A stretch of 17,806 nucleotides of DNA from Candidatus Wukongarchaeum yapensis (GCA_016840425.1 JAEOSI010000021.1:1-17806), one strand, 5' to 3'; positions 7,092-15,619 are shown, counted from the stretch's first letter. The notes: generated by a model from the sequence alone, not told the origin. Numbers and translations: made by a program.

Positions 7092-8081
7092 TTGTGTGTC
7101 CGTGTTGATGATTTAGGTGAACGTAAACTGATCGAAATCCTTCAAAAGTTTGTTGCAGATAACGGGGTGTTGGGTTTTGGTGATGATGCTTCGGCCTTTA
7201 AAATAGCTGGCAAAATGGTGGTTATTAATACGGACATGCTAGTTAAAAAAACCGATGTCCCAAAAGAAATGAGTCCTTTCCAAATAGGTCAAAGACTTGT
7301 CGTTATGTGTTTAAGCGATATAGTGGCAAAAGGTGCCACCCCGAAACTCCTTTTAGCAGCCTTTGGAATACCTCCAGAATACGAGGTAGAGGAGTTTCTC
7401 GAAATAATTCGTGGAATAAGCCAAACATCTGAAAAATACGGGGTTAAGTACGTTGGAGGAGATCTTAATACTGCCTCTGACCTCATCATTTCAGGAACAG
7501 CCATCGGAATAGCGGAAAAAGCTCTCATAAAAAGAGATGGGGCAAAAGTAGGCGATATCCTCTGCGTTACAGGACCCTTCGGCCTAACCGGAGCAGGGTT
7601 CAAAATCATCCTAGAAAATGCAGAAACCCCAAAATCTCTCCAGGAAACATTTATCAACGCTGTTTTCTCCCCAAAAATCCGGCCAAAACTAGGATTAATG
7701 TTAGCAGAATCAGGAACAGTTTCTGCATGCATCGATAGTAGTGATGGACTAGCATGGTCTATCCACGAACTTTCCAAAGCAAGCCAAATAGGGTTTGAAA
7801 TCACAAACCTTGAGACCATAATTCCAAAAGAGGTTTTCATTTTCGCTAAAAAAAACCACATAGATCCCTACGAACTAGCATTATACGGGGGAGAGGAATT
7901 TGAACTCGTTTTAACAGTTCCAAAAGAACGATTAGAAAAAGCGATAAAAATCGCTGAAAAATCAGGAGAAATCCTAACTCCTATAGGAAAAGCAATACCT
8001 GAAAAAAATATCTTCCTTAAAAAAGGAGAAAAAAAGATCACGATAAAACCACAAGGATATGAACACCTAAAAACAAAATAA
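7092..8081 (+). CDS. thiL: Thiamine-monophosphate kinase
   Basis: LGERKLIE, GFGDDA, NTDMLV, LSDIVAKGA, GGDLN, DSSDGL and GGEEFEL motifs; GGAGG SD at 7075-7079. Confidence 0.96.
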   Translation: MCVRVDDLGERKLIEILQKFVADNGVLGFGDDASAFKIAGKMVVINTDMLVKKTDVPKEMSPFQIGQRLVVMCLSDIVAKGATPKLLLAAFGIPPEYEVEEFLEIIRGISQTSEKYGVKYVGGDLNTASDLIISGTAIGIAEKALIKRDGAKVGDILCVTGPFGLTGAGFKIILENAETPKSLQETFINAVFSPKIRPKLGLMLAESGTVSACIDSSDGLAWSIHELSKASQIGFEITNLETIIPKEVFIFAKKNHIDPYELALYGGEEFELVLTVPKERLEKAIKIAEKSGEILTPIGKAIPEKNIFLKKGEKKITIKPQGYEHLKTK

Positions 8082-8109
8082 ACACCATGTAAAAGCATAA
8101 AAGTAAAAA

Positions 8110-8242
8110 TGGCGGGCCCGACGGGATTTGAACCCGCGACCACCAGCTTTCATCACGAAAACTCAGAAATCAACTATGATCAAGATCGTTTTAAAACGAT
8201 GTTTAGAAGGCTGGTGCTCTTTCCAAACTGAGCTACGGGCCC
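8110..8242 (-). tRNA. tRNA-Arg(TCT) with a 55-nt canonical 37/38 intron; CCA encoded
   Basis: Minus strand reads GGGCCCG-TA-GCTC-AGTTTGGAAA-GAGC-A-CCAGC-CT-TCT-A-[intron]-A-GCTGG-TGGTC-GCGGG-TTCAAAT-CCCGT-CGGGCCC-G-CCA. A20 (Arg identity), G73 and a short variable loop are present. Confidence 0.95.
8149..8203 (-). ncRNA. tRNA-Arg intron; candidate intron-encoded box C/D (K-loop) guide RNA
   Basis: BHB central helix CTTC/GATG with one U.U mismatch. The intron contains CTGA (8166-8163), a 6-nt loop and GTGATGA (8156-8150), plus a degenerate box C TTGATCA (8183-8177). The intron is well supported; the guide function is inferred. Confidence 0.5.
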
Positions 8243-8282
8243 TTACTTTACACCAATATGCCAGTCACTATCCTATTATTAT

Positions 8283-8291
8283 TTTATATAA
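8283..8291 (-). promoter_or_regulatory. Probable TATA box of tRNA-Arg
   Basis: TTATATAAA on the minus strand, about 40 nt upstream of the mature 5' end. Confidence 0.45.
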
Positions 8292-8366
8292 CGACTAATT
8301 TTTAGTGATCATCTTGTTTATAACTGTTTTTCCAATTAAACTTCTCGAAATACATAAAAATATGGG

Positions 8367-9011
8367 TTAAGGCATCTTTTGTATTTTTGCTCCGATTTTT
8401 TTTGCTATGAATGCTGCGATATCGACAACTTTTTTTGCCTTTTTTATAACGGGGAAATCACTCGTAGCCACTATCTCACCTTTTAACACTTCAAAATCCG
8501 GTGATTTAACAGCTTTTGCTTCTCCCCTTAACCCATATTTTTCAAGCATTGTTCTAGTTTTTGCCGCTAATTCCCCGCTCTTAGACACCGGACTATCATA
8601 ATATATGTGAATCTTTTTTGGTGAACATGCCTTTATCGTTTTTAGAAACAATTCTAACGCTTCATCTGTTTTTTTGGTCTGTTTATATTTTCCGAAGACA
8701 CCGCTTATATCACGCACTACCCCATCATCGCAAAGAAAAATGGGTCTATTTGTCAAAGCACTTTCCACGGTAATCAAAACACAATAGCCGTCAACTGTTA
8801 AAAACATCCCATTAATCGCTTCTATCGGCACAAGTCTTTTCTTCGTAGTTTCGATCTCAGATTGGGAATAAACCGCTCTCCGAAGCAAGTTACGATCATT
8901 TACAGATAAAGAATACCGGTCTCCGACAAAATTAACAACCCTTTCCCTAGGGTATTCCCTATTAAGAAGATACCGTACATCCTCAACTATTTCCCTAAAC
9001 GGATCCACCAT
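8367..9011 (-). CDS. DUF434-family protein (C-terminal PIN/NYN-like domain), function unknown
   Basis: DVRYLLNREYP...FVGDRY, TVDGY-x-VLIT-x-ES, CDDGVVRD and VATSD motifs typical of DUF434. ATG 9011 (MVDPF) is preferred over 9047. Confidence 0.8.
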   Translation of the reverse strand: MVDPFREIVEDVRYLLNREYPRERVVNFVGDRYSLSVNDRNLLRRAVYSQSEIETTKKRLVPIEAINGMFLTVDGYCVLITVESALTNRPIFLCDDGVVRDISGVFGKYKQTKKTDEALELFLKTIKACSPKKIHIYYDSPVSKSGELAAKTRTMLEKYGLRGEAKAVKSPDFEVLKGEIVATSDFPVIKKAKKVVDIAAFIAKKIGAKIQKMP

Positions 9012-9130
9012 GGCAACACAGACCCAAAAAACATTAAAGGAAAACATATCCCTAAAAACCTTTAAAAATAACTGTTATCAACCATGTTCTCCCAAATTCC
9101 TCCCAAAATCTACTTTAAACTCCCTTTATT

Positions 9131-9180
9131 AAATAAAAAGAAAATAAAATAATAAGAAAATAAAGGTGTTTTTACACCCT
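9131..9180 (-). terminator. Hairpin plus U-rich tract downstream of rpl12
   Basis: GGTGT(9165-69)/ACACC(9174-78) stem followed on the minus strand by about 30 nt of T-rich sequence. Confidence 0.5.
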
Positions 9181-9210
9181 CTGTATAATGAAAGAAAAGC
9201 GTTTGTGACT

Positions 9211-9540
9211 TTAGCCAAACAAGCTCGCTAGACCTGCTTCTTCTTCTGCTGCTTCTTCCTCTTCTGGTTCTTCTTTCTTTTCCTCTTTCTTCTTCTCTTT
9301 TTTCTTTGGTTTTTCTTCCTCAACGGCTGGAGCAGCTGTAGCTGGCGCTACTGTTGGCGCTACCGTACCTGCTGACGCTATCACTTCTTCAATTTTTATG
9401 CTTTTCAGTGTTTCAACTATTGCTTTCAACTGTGCGGCATCCACGGTGCCACCAGCAGCCTCAATAAGCTTTGCAAGATTCTCTTCTGTAATCTCTTTTC
9501 CCAAACTGTGGAGCAATAATGAGGCATGAATCGACTCCAT
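9211..9540 (-). CDS. rpl12: Ribosomal stalk protein aP1 (archaeal L12)
   Basis: ASLLLHSLGKEITEENL N-terminal domain, Ala/Pro hinge, acidic tail ending AGLASLFG; GGAGGT SD. Confidence 0.97.
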   Translation of the reverse strand: MESIHASLLLHSLGKEITEENLAKLIEAAGGTVDAAQLKAIVETLKSIKIEEVIASAGTVAPTVAPATAAPAVEEEKPKKKEKKKEEKKEEPEEEEAAEEEAGLASLFG

Positions 9541-9855
9541 TTCAAACTTACCTCCAGTCTCTTTTTTTAAAACAGTATCACGAAACTAGGATAATACTCT
9601 ATATGCAAACAATCAAAAGTTAAAAATCTTTGTCTTTTCAAATCATTTTCTAATACTATAAAAACATTGCACTAATGTCGCTAAGAAAGCTTATGAATTT
9701 ATTCACAAGATAAACAGTCATCCGCCGGATTCTTCTCTGAAATCCGTCATACTTCTTTTTTATTGTCGTCTTAGAAGTTTACAATATAATATCAGCAATC
9801 TCCCGCACCTTTCGTTCTCTCAAAGCACTCCTGTAACAATCCGTCAGCTTGCCCT

Positions 9856-10920
9856 TTAAGGAAACTCTCCTACTTCTTTCTTTTCAACCTTTTTTTCTTT
9901 TTCTTTGATGGTTTTCTCTAAGCTTTCTGGAAGAATGTCAGGATTTATTTCGGTGATCTTTTTAAGCAATGCTCCTGCCTGATTTTTGGCTTTTAGAAGG
10001 ATTAGTTGCGCGTTAACTTCGGTAACCATGTTTGCTTCAGTCGCCAAAGCTAATGCTTGATTTTGCCCCTTTAATAGGAGCATTGGAGCGGTTATCTGTA
10101 TCAAGGCTTCCGGCTTTCTCGCTATTATCACTTGTTTCAGCGCTTCAATTTGGCTCTGAGCTTTCGCAAGAAGTGGGAGCAAAGTTGTGGGTGTAACTAC
10201 GTTTGTCACTATTGCTAAACTCTGTGATTGGGTACAAGCTTCACTTAAAAGGCCTAAAACGTCCATCATCAAATGTTTTTCAGTAAATATAACCCCATCA
10301 TCATAAGCCGCTTCTATTGTTAACCCTGTCTCAAAAGGCAAAATCCCTAACCTTGCAAGGACAACAACTTTGTGCCTTGCTATCTTCTCCCCCTTTTGTA
10401 TTATCACAGTATCTCTTAAAATAGCAATTTGGCCTTTCACTATTCTGGTAGGCAAAGCTACCGCTGAAAACTCCCCAATTATAGGGCCAGGTGGAAGTCC
10501 TGTGTTTTGTTCAGGAATAGTAACATCTTTCGGCGCTATTTGCCCAACTTTTGCAGGGGCAGGCATTTTATTCTCCTCCAAAAATTTCGCCAAATAAAAA
10601 ACATCCCCATCCGTCAAAATCAGCGCATAATTACCGACAGAATAATATTTCATAAGCTCAGTGATGTTAGGTTTTTCTTTAGAAAGCTTGCGAAGCGATA
10701 TCTCTAAAAGGTTCTTCTTAACCATTTTTATGGTAGCTTTTCCCCGCAAGCTCGCCCGCATTTTTTGCACTATGCGAGCAGGTATGCCGGTCATCCTGAC
10801 TAAACCCACAATTTTATGGTTTTTAATAAGCTGGCATATCTCCTCTACCGCTTTCAATTTAGCTTCAGAAACTTTTCTTCGCGGTCGCATTATAACCCTT
10901 TCAACCTCAGATATCGACAT
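9856..10920 (-). CDS. rplP0: Acidic ribosomal protein P0 (uL10)
   Basis: KMVKKNLL and TGLPPGP motifs, repeated C-terminal spine helices, GGTGA SD, position between rpl1 and rpl12. Confidence 0.96.
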   Translation of the reverse strand: MSISEVERVIMRPRRKVSEAKLKAVEEICQLIKNHKIVGLVRMTGIPARIVQKMRASLRGKATIKMVKKNLLEISLRKLSKEKPNITELMKYYSVGNYALILTDGDVFYLAKFLEENKMPAPAKVGQIAPKDVTIPEQNTGLPPGPIIGEFSAVALPTRIVKGQIAILRDTVIIQKGEKIARHKVVVLARLGILPFETGLTIEAAYDDGVIFTEKHLMMDVLGLLSEACTQSQSLAIVTNVVTPTTLLPLLAKAQSQIEALKQVIIARKPEALIQITAPMLLLKGQNQALALATEANMVTEVNAQLILLKAKNQAGALLKKITEINPDILPESLEKTIKEKEKKVEKKEVGEFP

Positions 10921-10994
10921 AATTGTTCACCACTAATCAGGGGTAAACTTGATAGAAAACTTTCTTATCCCTATCATTTGTTTGTTTTTGTAAT

Positions 10995-11648
10995 TTAGGT
11001 TTTTAAATCAATTTTTGTTGGGGAACCCATCGTAGTTTTAACAATGATTGCCTTAATATTATTCATTCCGTGTTCAAGTTTTCTTTCCAAGGCTTCTATA
11101 ACTATCATTATGTTCTCTGCAATTTTTGCGGGATCCATGTCAACTGTTCCAACCCTCGCATTTAAAACGAGAGTATCTCTCAGCCTCAACCTCACTGTTC
11201 GTTTATATTGGTCTAAAAGCGCTTCTACATCAGTGGTTGGAGGTACCGGTTTAGGCATTTTCCCTCTAGGACCCAAAAACTTGCCAAGAGAACGCCCAAT
11301 AAAAGGCATTAATGACGGACTTGCGATGAAAAAATCATTCTCACGAGCAATTTTTTTTGCCTGTTTCGGGTTAGAAACAAGTTTTTCAACATCATCTTTC
11401 GTAAGTACTGTATTAAATCCCGCCTTTTTAGTGGCAACTTCTAAACTAGGATCCGCTACGGCACCTATCTTAACCTCCTTCCCTGGCGGGTTAGGCAATA
11501 AAACCTCTATGTTAAAACGCTTACTTGTATCTTTCAAATCTACATCCTTTAAATTGATGGCGACATCAACCGATTCAAGAAAATCTCTCTTAGGAGCGGC
11601 TTCAACAGCCTTCTTAACCGTCTCAGTGAGTTCTTTAACATCCACCAT
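10995..11648 (-). CDS. rpl1: 50S ribosomal protein L1
   Basis: RDFLESVD-x-AINL, LGKFLGPRGKMPKP and KTTMG motifs. ATG 11648 is preferred over the track GTG at 11690. Confidence 0.97.
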   Translation of the reverse strand: MVDVKELTETVKKAVEAAPKRDFLESVDVAINLKDVDLKDTSKRFNIEVLLPNPPGKEVKIGAVADPSLEVATKKAGFNTVLTKDDVEKLVSNPKQAKKIARENDFFIASPSLMPFIGRSLGKFLGPRGKMPKPVPPTTDVEALLDQYKRTVRLRLRDTLVLNARVGTVDMDPAKIAENIMIVIEALERKLEHGMNNIKAIIVKTTMGSPTKIDLKT

Positions 11649-11777
11649 AAATAACCCTTCTTTTCCTATAAAACAGCTACCAAAAATCACATACTACTAA
11701 ATATTTAAACAGCTAAAACAAAAATTTCTCCCTTTTATAAACGATAAGGGAAGAATTATCGCTAATATCCTAAGATT

Positions 11778-12269
11778 TTAAGTTAACATCTCATCAATCA
11801 TTCCTTCATCAATCGTTTTCTGAACTTCTCGCGGATCTTTTCCTTCCACAGTTACACCAATACTAACACAAGTACCCAGAACTTCTTTAACCGCACCTTT
11901 TAAATTGATCGCTAACATATCCTTATTTTTCGATTTAGCGATTATAACAACTTGTCCAAAGCTAATATCACCAGCAATTTCTTTGCCTGCATTACCTGAA
12001 CCCTTAACATCTCCTCCCAAAGACAATTCGCTAAGAATCAAGGCAGAGGTAGGCGGAGTACCAACCTCAATTTTAAACGACTTATCATCCAAGTTAACTT
12101 CTACCTTGACCGGGACTTTTAATCCTGCAAAACCTTTCGTTTCCTTATTTATCGCATCAACAACCTGCGTCACATTTACTCCCGTAGGACCCAAAGCAGG
12201 ACCCAGAGGAGGCCCCCCACTAGCCTTACCAGCAGTAACCAACGCTTCAACTACTTCTGTTCTCGCCAT
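11778..12269 (-). CDS. rpl11: 50S ribosomal protein L11
   Basis: GKASGGPPLGPALGP, GLKVPV, PPTSAL and EVLGTCVSIG motifs. Confidence 0.97.
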   Translation of the reverse strand: MARTEVVEALVTAGKASGGPPLGPALGPTGVNVTQVVDAINKETKGFAGLKVPVKVEVNLDDKSFKIEVGTPPTSALILSELSLGGDVKGSGNAGKEIAGDISFGQVVIIAKSKNKDMLAINLKGAVKEVLGTCVSIGVTVEGKDPREVQKTIDEGMIDEMLT

Positions 12270-12721
12270 AATCCATCAACGCCCATCTAAATGAACAAAA
12301 AATATAAACAAAATGATTACTTTGAAAACTTTTAATGCTCTAAATTAAATAACCAATCCATTAATAGCATTTAACTTCAACTAATTGCTAATGAACTTTT
12401 CGTTTTTATTAGTTTTCAAAATACAAAAATCAAAAAAATAAATGGTTATTATTCTCATTTTTATCAAAAAAGGTGAATTAGCAGCCTAATATTATTTATT
12501 TCCTTTCTCTTGTTCTCTTAACTTTTAAAAAAAATTTACAACTTCCCTAACAGAAGATGGCGGATAAAGCTTTTACATGATTTTCACATGCCTCTCCCTT
12601 CCCACATATAAAATATAGCCTTTCAATTCTAACCAAGAGACAGTAGTCTCATTTTTCCCATACTTACTCTCAAAACCTCCATAAAAATCATCATGTCTAT
12701 CTAAAGGGAGATCGATTAAAA

Positions 12722-13306
12722 GTGGAAAAAAACAAAAAACCTCGCCTAAACAATGGCAAAAATGGTGAAAAACGTATCAGAGTTACAGTGACTCTCGCGG
12801 GGGAGATGGCGAGAAAATTCGAAGAACTAGCAAAAAAATGGCATGGTGAAACAAGATTCGCGAAAAGCAACGCCGCAAGAACTGCCCTCTATGCATTTAT
12901 TCAGTCCAATGGAGAAATCAGCTTTCTTGTACCCGGTCAAAAAAGCATGCATCATTTCATAAACCAAAGGAGAAAAAAAGTGATAACAATAGAAGAGGAA
13001 ACTAGCCTCAACTTTCTTCCATCCTCCCCTTCAACTCCAAACAATTTTGATCCCTCTCCCAACAGAGTGCTTAAAAACCTAGAAAGCGCTTATGGAATAT
13101 CAATAACAGCTGCTGGAATAGAAATAAAACGCGAATTAACCTCAGGAGAATCAGAAGGAAGTAAACTATTTTTACGAATGAAAGCCCTAGCAGAAGAGGC
13201 AGAAAAAGAAAATATAAACCTTAACCAAAGAAAAGAAGAAGAAAAGCATACCGACCAAAATCTACCGCTTCAAAAAGAATCTCCCATAGAAATACCCGTA
13301 GTATAA
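12722..13306 (+). CDS. Hypothetical protein with N-terminal ribbon-helix-helix (CopG/Arc-like) DNA-binding domain
   Basis: RIRVTVTL (alternating beta strand), AGEMARKFEELAKK (helix A) and KSNAARTALYAFI (helix B). The remainder is unrecognised and includes a Pro/Ser-rich linker. Confidence 0.6.
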   Translation: MEKNKKPRLNNGKNGEKRIRVTVTLAGEMARKFEELAKKWHGETRFAKSNAARTALYAFIQSNGEISFLVPGQKSMHHFINQRRKKVITIEEETSLNFLPSSPSTPNNFDPSPNRVLKNLESAYGISITAAGIEIKRELTSGESEGSKLFLRMKALAEEAEKENINLNQRKEEEKHTDQNLPLQKESPIEIPVV

Positions 13307-13455
13307 GCTTATTTCATACAAGTAACAAAGGTAAGTTATGTCTCCCTGTTTTCCTTTTTATTCTTTTAAGCAAGCTTTTTTTGTTTTTAAGGGAGAGTTA
13401 AACTTTAATAATAAACGCCAGTAATAATATTTAAGCCAAATTTCCCTTTGTTTTC

Positions 13456-15597
13456 ATGTTCATTTCTAAAGGATGGGATTTTTTATTGGAGGCAGAGTTT
13501 CAGCCACTTTTTGAACCCAATGGGATCGCGGTCATCGGGGCAAGTCGCACCCCAGGAAAAGTGGGTCATGAAGTCCTTAAAAACCTAATTGATTCGGGTT
13601 ATAATGGCTATTTATGCCCCGTTAATCCAAAAGCTGAAGATGTTTTAGGTTTAAAAGCCATTTCCTCCATCAAAGAATCGAATGATAATATCGATCTTAT
13701 GGTTGTTTGTATCCCCGCAAAGTTCGTGCCTACTGTAATGGAAGAAGCAGGTGAAGCAGGCGTTAGATGTGCAATAATCATCAGCGCTGGTTTCAAGGAA
13801 ATCGGCCCTGAAGGCGCAAAAGCGGAAAAATTACTTTTAGAAACCGCAAAAAAGGCGGATATACGAATAGTGGGTCCAAACTGTTTAGGGGTAATTTCAA
13901 CCGGTCCTATTAGTTTCAACGCTTCTTTTGCTGAAAGCATGCCAAAACCAGGTAATATAGCTTTTATCTCCCAATCAGGGGCTCTTCTAACCGGTATTAT
14001 TGACTGGAGCTATCAAGAAGACACAGGATTTTCAAAAATTATAAGTGTAGGCAATATGGCAGACTTGGAAGTAACCGACTTTATCGAAGCCTTAAGACAT
14101 GATGAAAATACGGACGTTATCTTGGTATACATGGAGAATGTAAGAGACGGGGAAAAGTTTCTTAATATAGCCCGAAAAGCTTGCAGCGAAAAGCCTATAT
14201 TGATAGTTAAATCTGGTAAAAGTTCTGAGGGAGCCAAGGCCGCTTCTTCCCATACTGGAGCCCTTGCTGGAAGCGACCGCGCCTATGATCTAGCCTTTCA
14301 GAAAGTTGGAGCCATTAGGGCAAGTTCTATGGAAGAACTCTTCGATCTCGCAAAATCTTTTTCAATGCAGTCTCCTCCCGAAGGAGAAAATACGGTTATA
14401 ATCACCAATGCAGGCGGTCCAGGAATCCTCGCTACAGATGCTGTAGCCAGCAACGGTTTAAAGCTTGCTTCCCTATCAGAAAGCACACAAGAACTTAGAA
14501 AATTCCTACCCCCCGCAGCAGGCTTTCATAACCCTGTCGATATGCTTGGAACCGCCACTAGTAAAGAATATAGTCAAACCTTAGAAGTTTGCTTGCGAAA
14601 TGAGAGCGTTCATGCCGCCCTCATAATATTAACACCCCAAGCGATGACAGACACTCCAAAAATAGCGGAAAAAATAGCAGAAATTAAGAAAAATTACCTA
14701 AAAAAACCAGTAATTGCCGCTTTCATAGGCGGTGAAAAAGTAGAAGAGGGCGTAGAAATATTACAAAAAGCAGGAATACCCTGTTTTCCTTTCCCTGAGC
14801 GCGGGGTTAAAGCCCTTGCCGGTCTAACAAAATACGCAGAATTTAAACACGTCTCTCCTGAAGAAGATTACCCGCGGTTTGCTGTGGATAAAAAGGCTGT
14901 TAAAAATCTTTTCTCCCAAGTTAAGGAAGAAGATCGCGTTAATCTCCTAGTTTCTGAAGGAATATACGCCCTTAGCGCCTACGGAATCGAAGCCCCCCCA
15001 ACTTCACTAGCGAGTGACCCCGAGGAAGCTGTTGACCTCAGCGCAGCAATGGGATACCCCGTAGTGTTAAAAGTAGCATCCCCAGAAGTTTTACATAAAA
15101 CAGATATTGGCGGAGTTGAAATCGGTTTAAAAAACGCTGAAGAAGTCAAAAAAGCTTTCAAAAGAATAATCTATAAAACAAGAAAACGCATGCCCAACGC
15201 ACGACTCTATGGCTGTGTTATTCAAAAACTTGTACCAACGGGTCGTGAAGTTATAATAGGGGCCACAAAAGACCCAACTTTTGGTCCAATGATAATGTTT
15301 GGGGCAGGAGGAATATTCACAGAAGTCATGAAGGACGTATCTTTTAGACTAGCCCCCATATCTCGAAATGAAGCAAACAAAATGATTTTTGAGACAAAAT
15401 ACTACTCAATTCTGCGGGGAGTAAGGGGCGAAGAACCCTCAGATATTCCCGCCCTTATTGACACAATTCTTAAAGTTTCTCAATTAATAACAGACTTTAA
15501 AGATGAAATATTAGAGTTTGATTGTAATCCCGCCTTTGTATACCCAAAAGGTAAAGGTTGCCAAGCTTTAGACGTAAAAATAACCATTAGAAAATGA
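13456..15597 (+). CDS. acd: ADP-forming acetate/acyl-CoA ligase, fused alpha+beta (AcdAB)
   Basis: CoA-binding domain (IAVIGAS, GPNCLG), phospho-His motif AASSHTGALAG, ligase domain (TNAGGPGI, NPVD), C-terminal ATP-grasp (GYPVVLKV, HKTDIGGV, FGPMIMFG). There is no GNAT domain, so it is not PatZ. The true start may be TTG 13486. Confidence 0.93.
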   Translation: MFISKGWDFLLEAEFQPLFEPNGIAVIGASRTPGKVGHEVLKNLIDSGYNGYLCPVNPKAEDVLGLKAISSIKESNDNIDLMVVCIPAKFVPTVMEEAGEAGVRCAIIISAGFKEIGPEGAKAEKLLLETAKKADIRIVGPNCLGVISTGPISFNASFAESMPKPGNIAFISQSGALLTGIIDWSYQEDTGFSKIISVGNMADLEVTDFIEALRHDENTDVILVYMENVRDGEKFLNIARKACSEKPILIVKSGKSSEGAKAASSHTGALAGSDRAYDLAFQKVGAIRASSMEELFDLAKSFSMQSPPEGENTVIITNAGGPGILATDAVASNGLKLASLSESTQELRKFLPPAAGFHNPVDMLGTATSKEYSQTLEVCLRNESVHAALIILTPQAMTDTPKIAEKIAEIKKNYLKKPVIAAFIGGEKVEEGVEILQKAGIPCFPFPERGVKALAGLTKYAEFKHVSPEEDYPRFAVDKKAVKNLFSQVKEEDRVNLLVSEGIYALSAYGIEAPPTSLASDPEEAVDLSAAMGYPVVLKVASPEVLHKTDIGGVEIGLKNAEEVKKAFKRIIYKTRKRMPNARLYGCVIQKLVPTGREVIIGATKDPTFGPMIMFGAGGIFTEVMKDVSFRLAPISRNEANKMIFETKYYSILRGVRGEEPSDIPALIDTILKVSQLITDFKDEILEFDCNPAFVYPKGKGCQALDVKITIRK

Positions 15598-15619
15598 TTT
15601 AATTAGGAGATGTTTCTAG

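Noticed and set aside
8148-8152. Alternative TGA (Ser) anticodon formed from the 3' end of the tRNA-Arg intron
   Set aside because: The variable loop is short, A20 is present, and the BHB register fits 37/38 with TCT.
8158-8192. Nested second intron within the tRNA-Arg intron (AAAAC/GTTTT outer helix)
   Set aside because: The required 4-bp central helix (GATC against TTTC) has two mismatches.
9779-9781. Genome-wide TAA reassignment suggested by two in-frame TAA codons
   Set aside because: TAA terminates well-conserved genes at their expected ends (psmB, thiL, rpl1, rpl11, rpl12).
11580-11700. L1 autoregulatory mRNA binding site near the rpl1 start
   Set aside because: I could not identify a convincing mimic of the 23S L1 site by eye.
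12010-12030. About 3-aa insertion in L11 (LSLGGDVKGSG)
   Set aside because: A small loop indel within ordinary variation.
12688-12694. Perfect box C ATGATGA on the minus strand of the rpl11-RHH spacer
   Set aside because: No properly spaced CTGA or C' box downstream.
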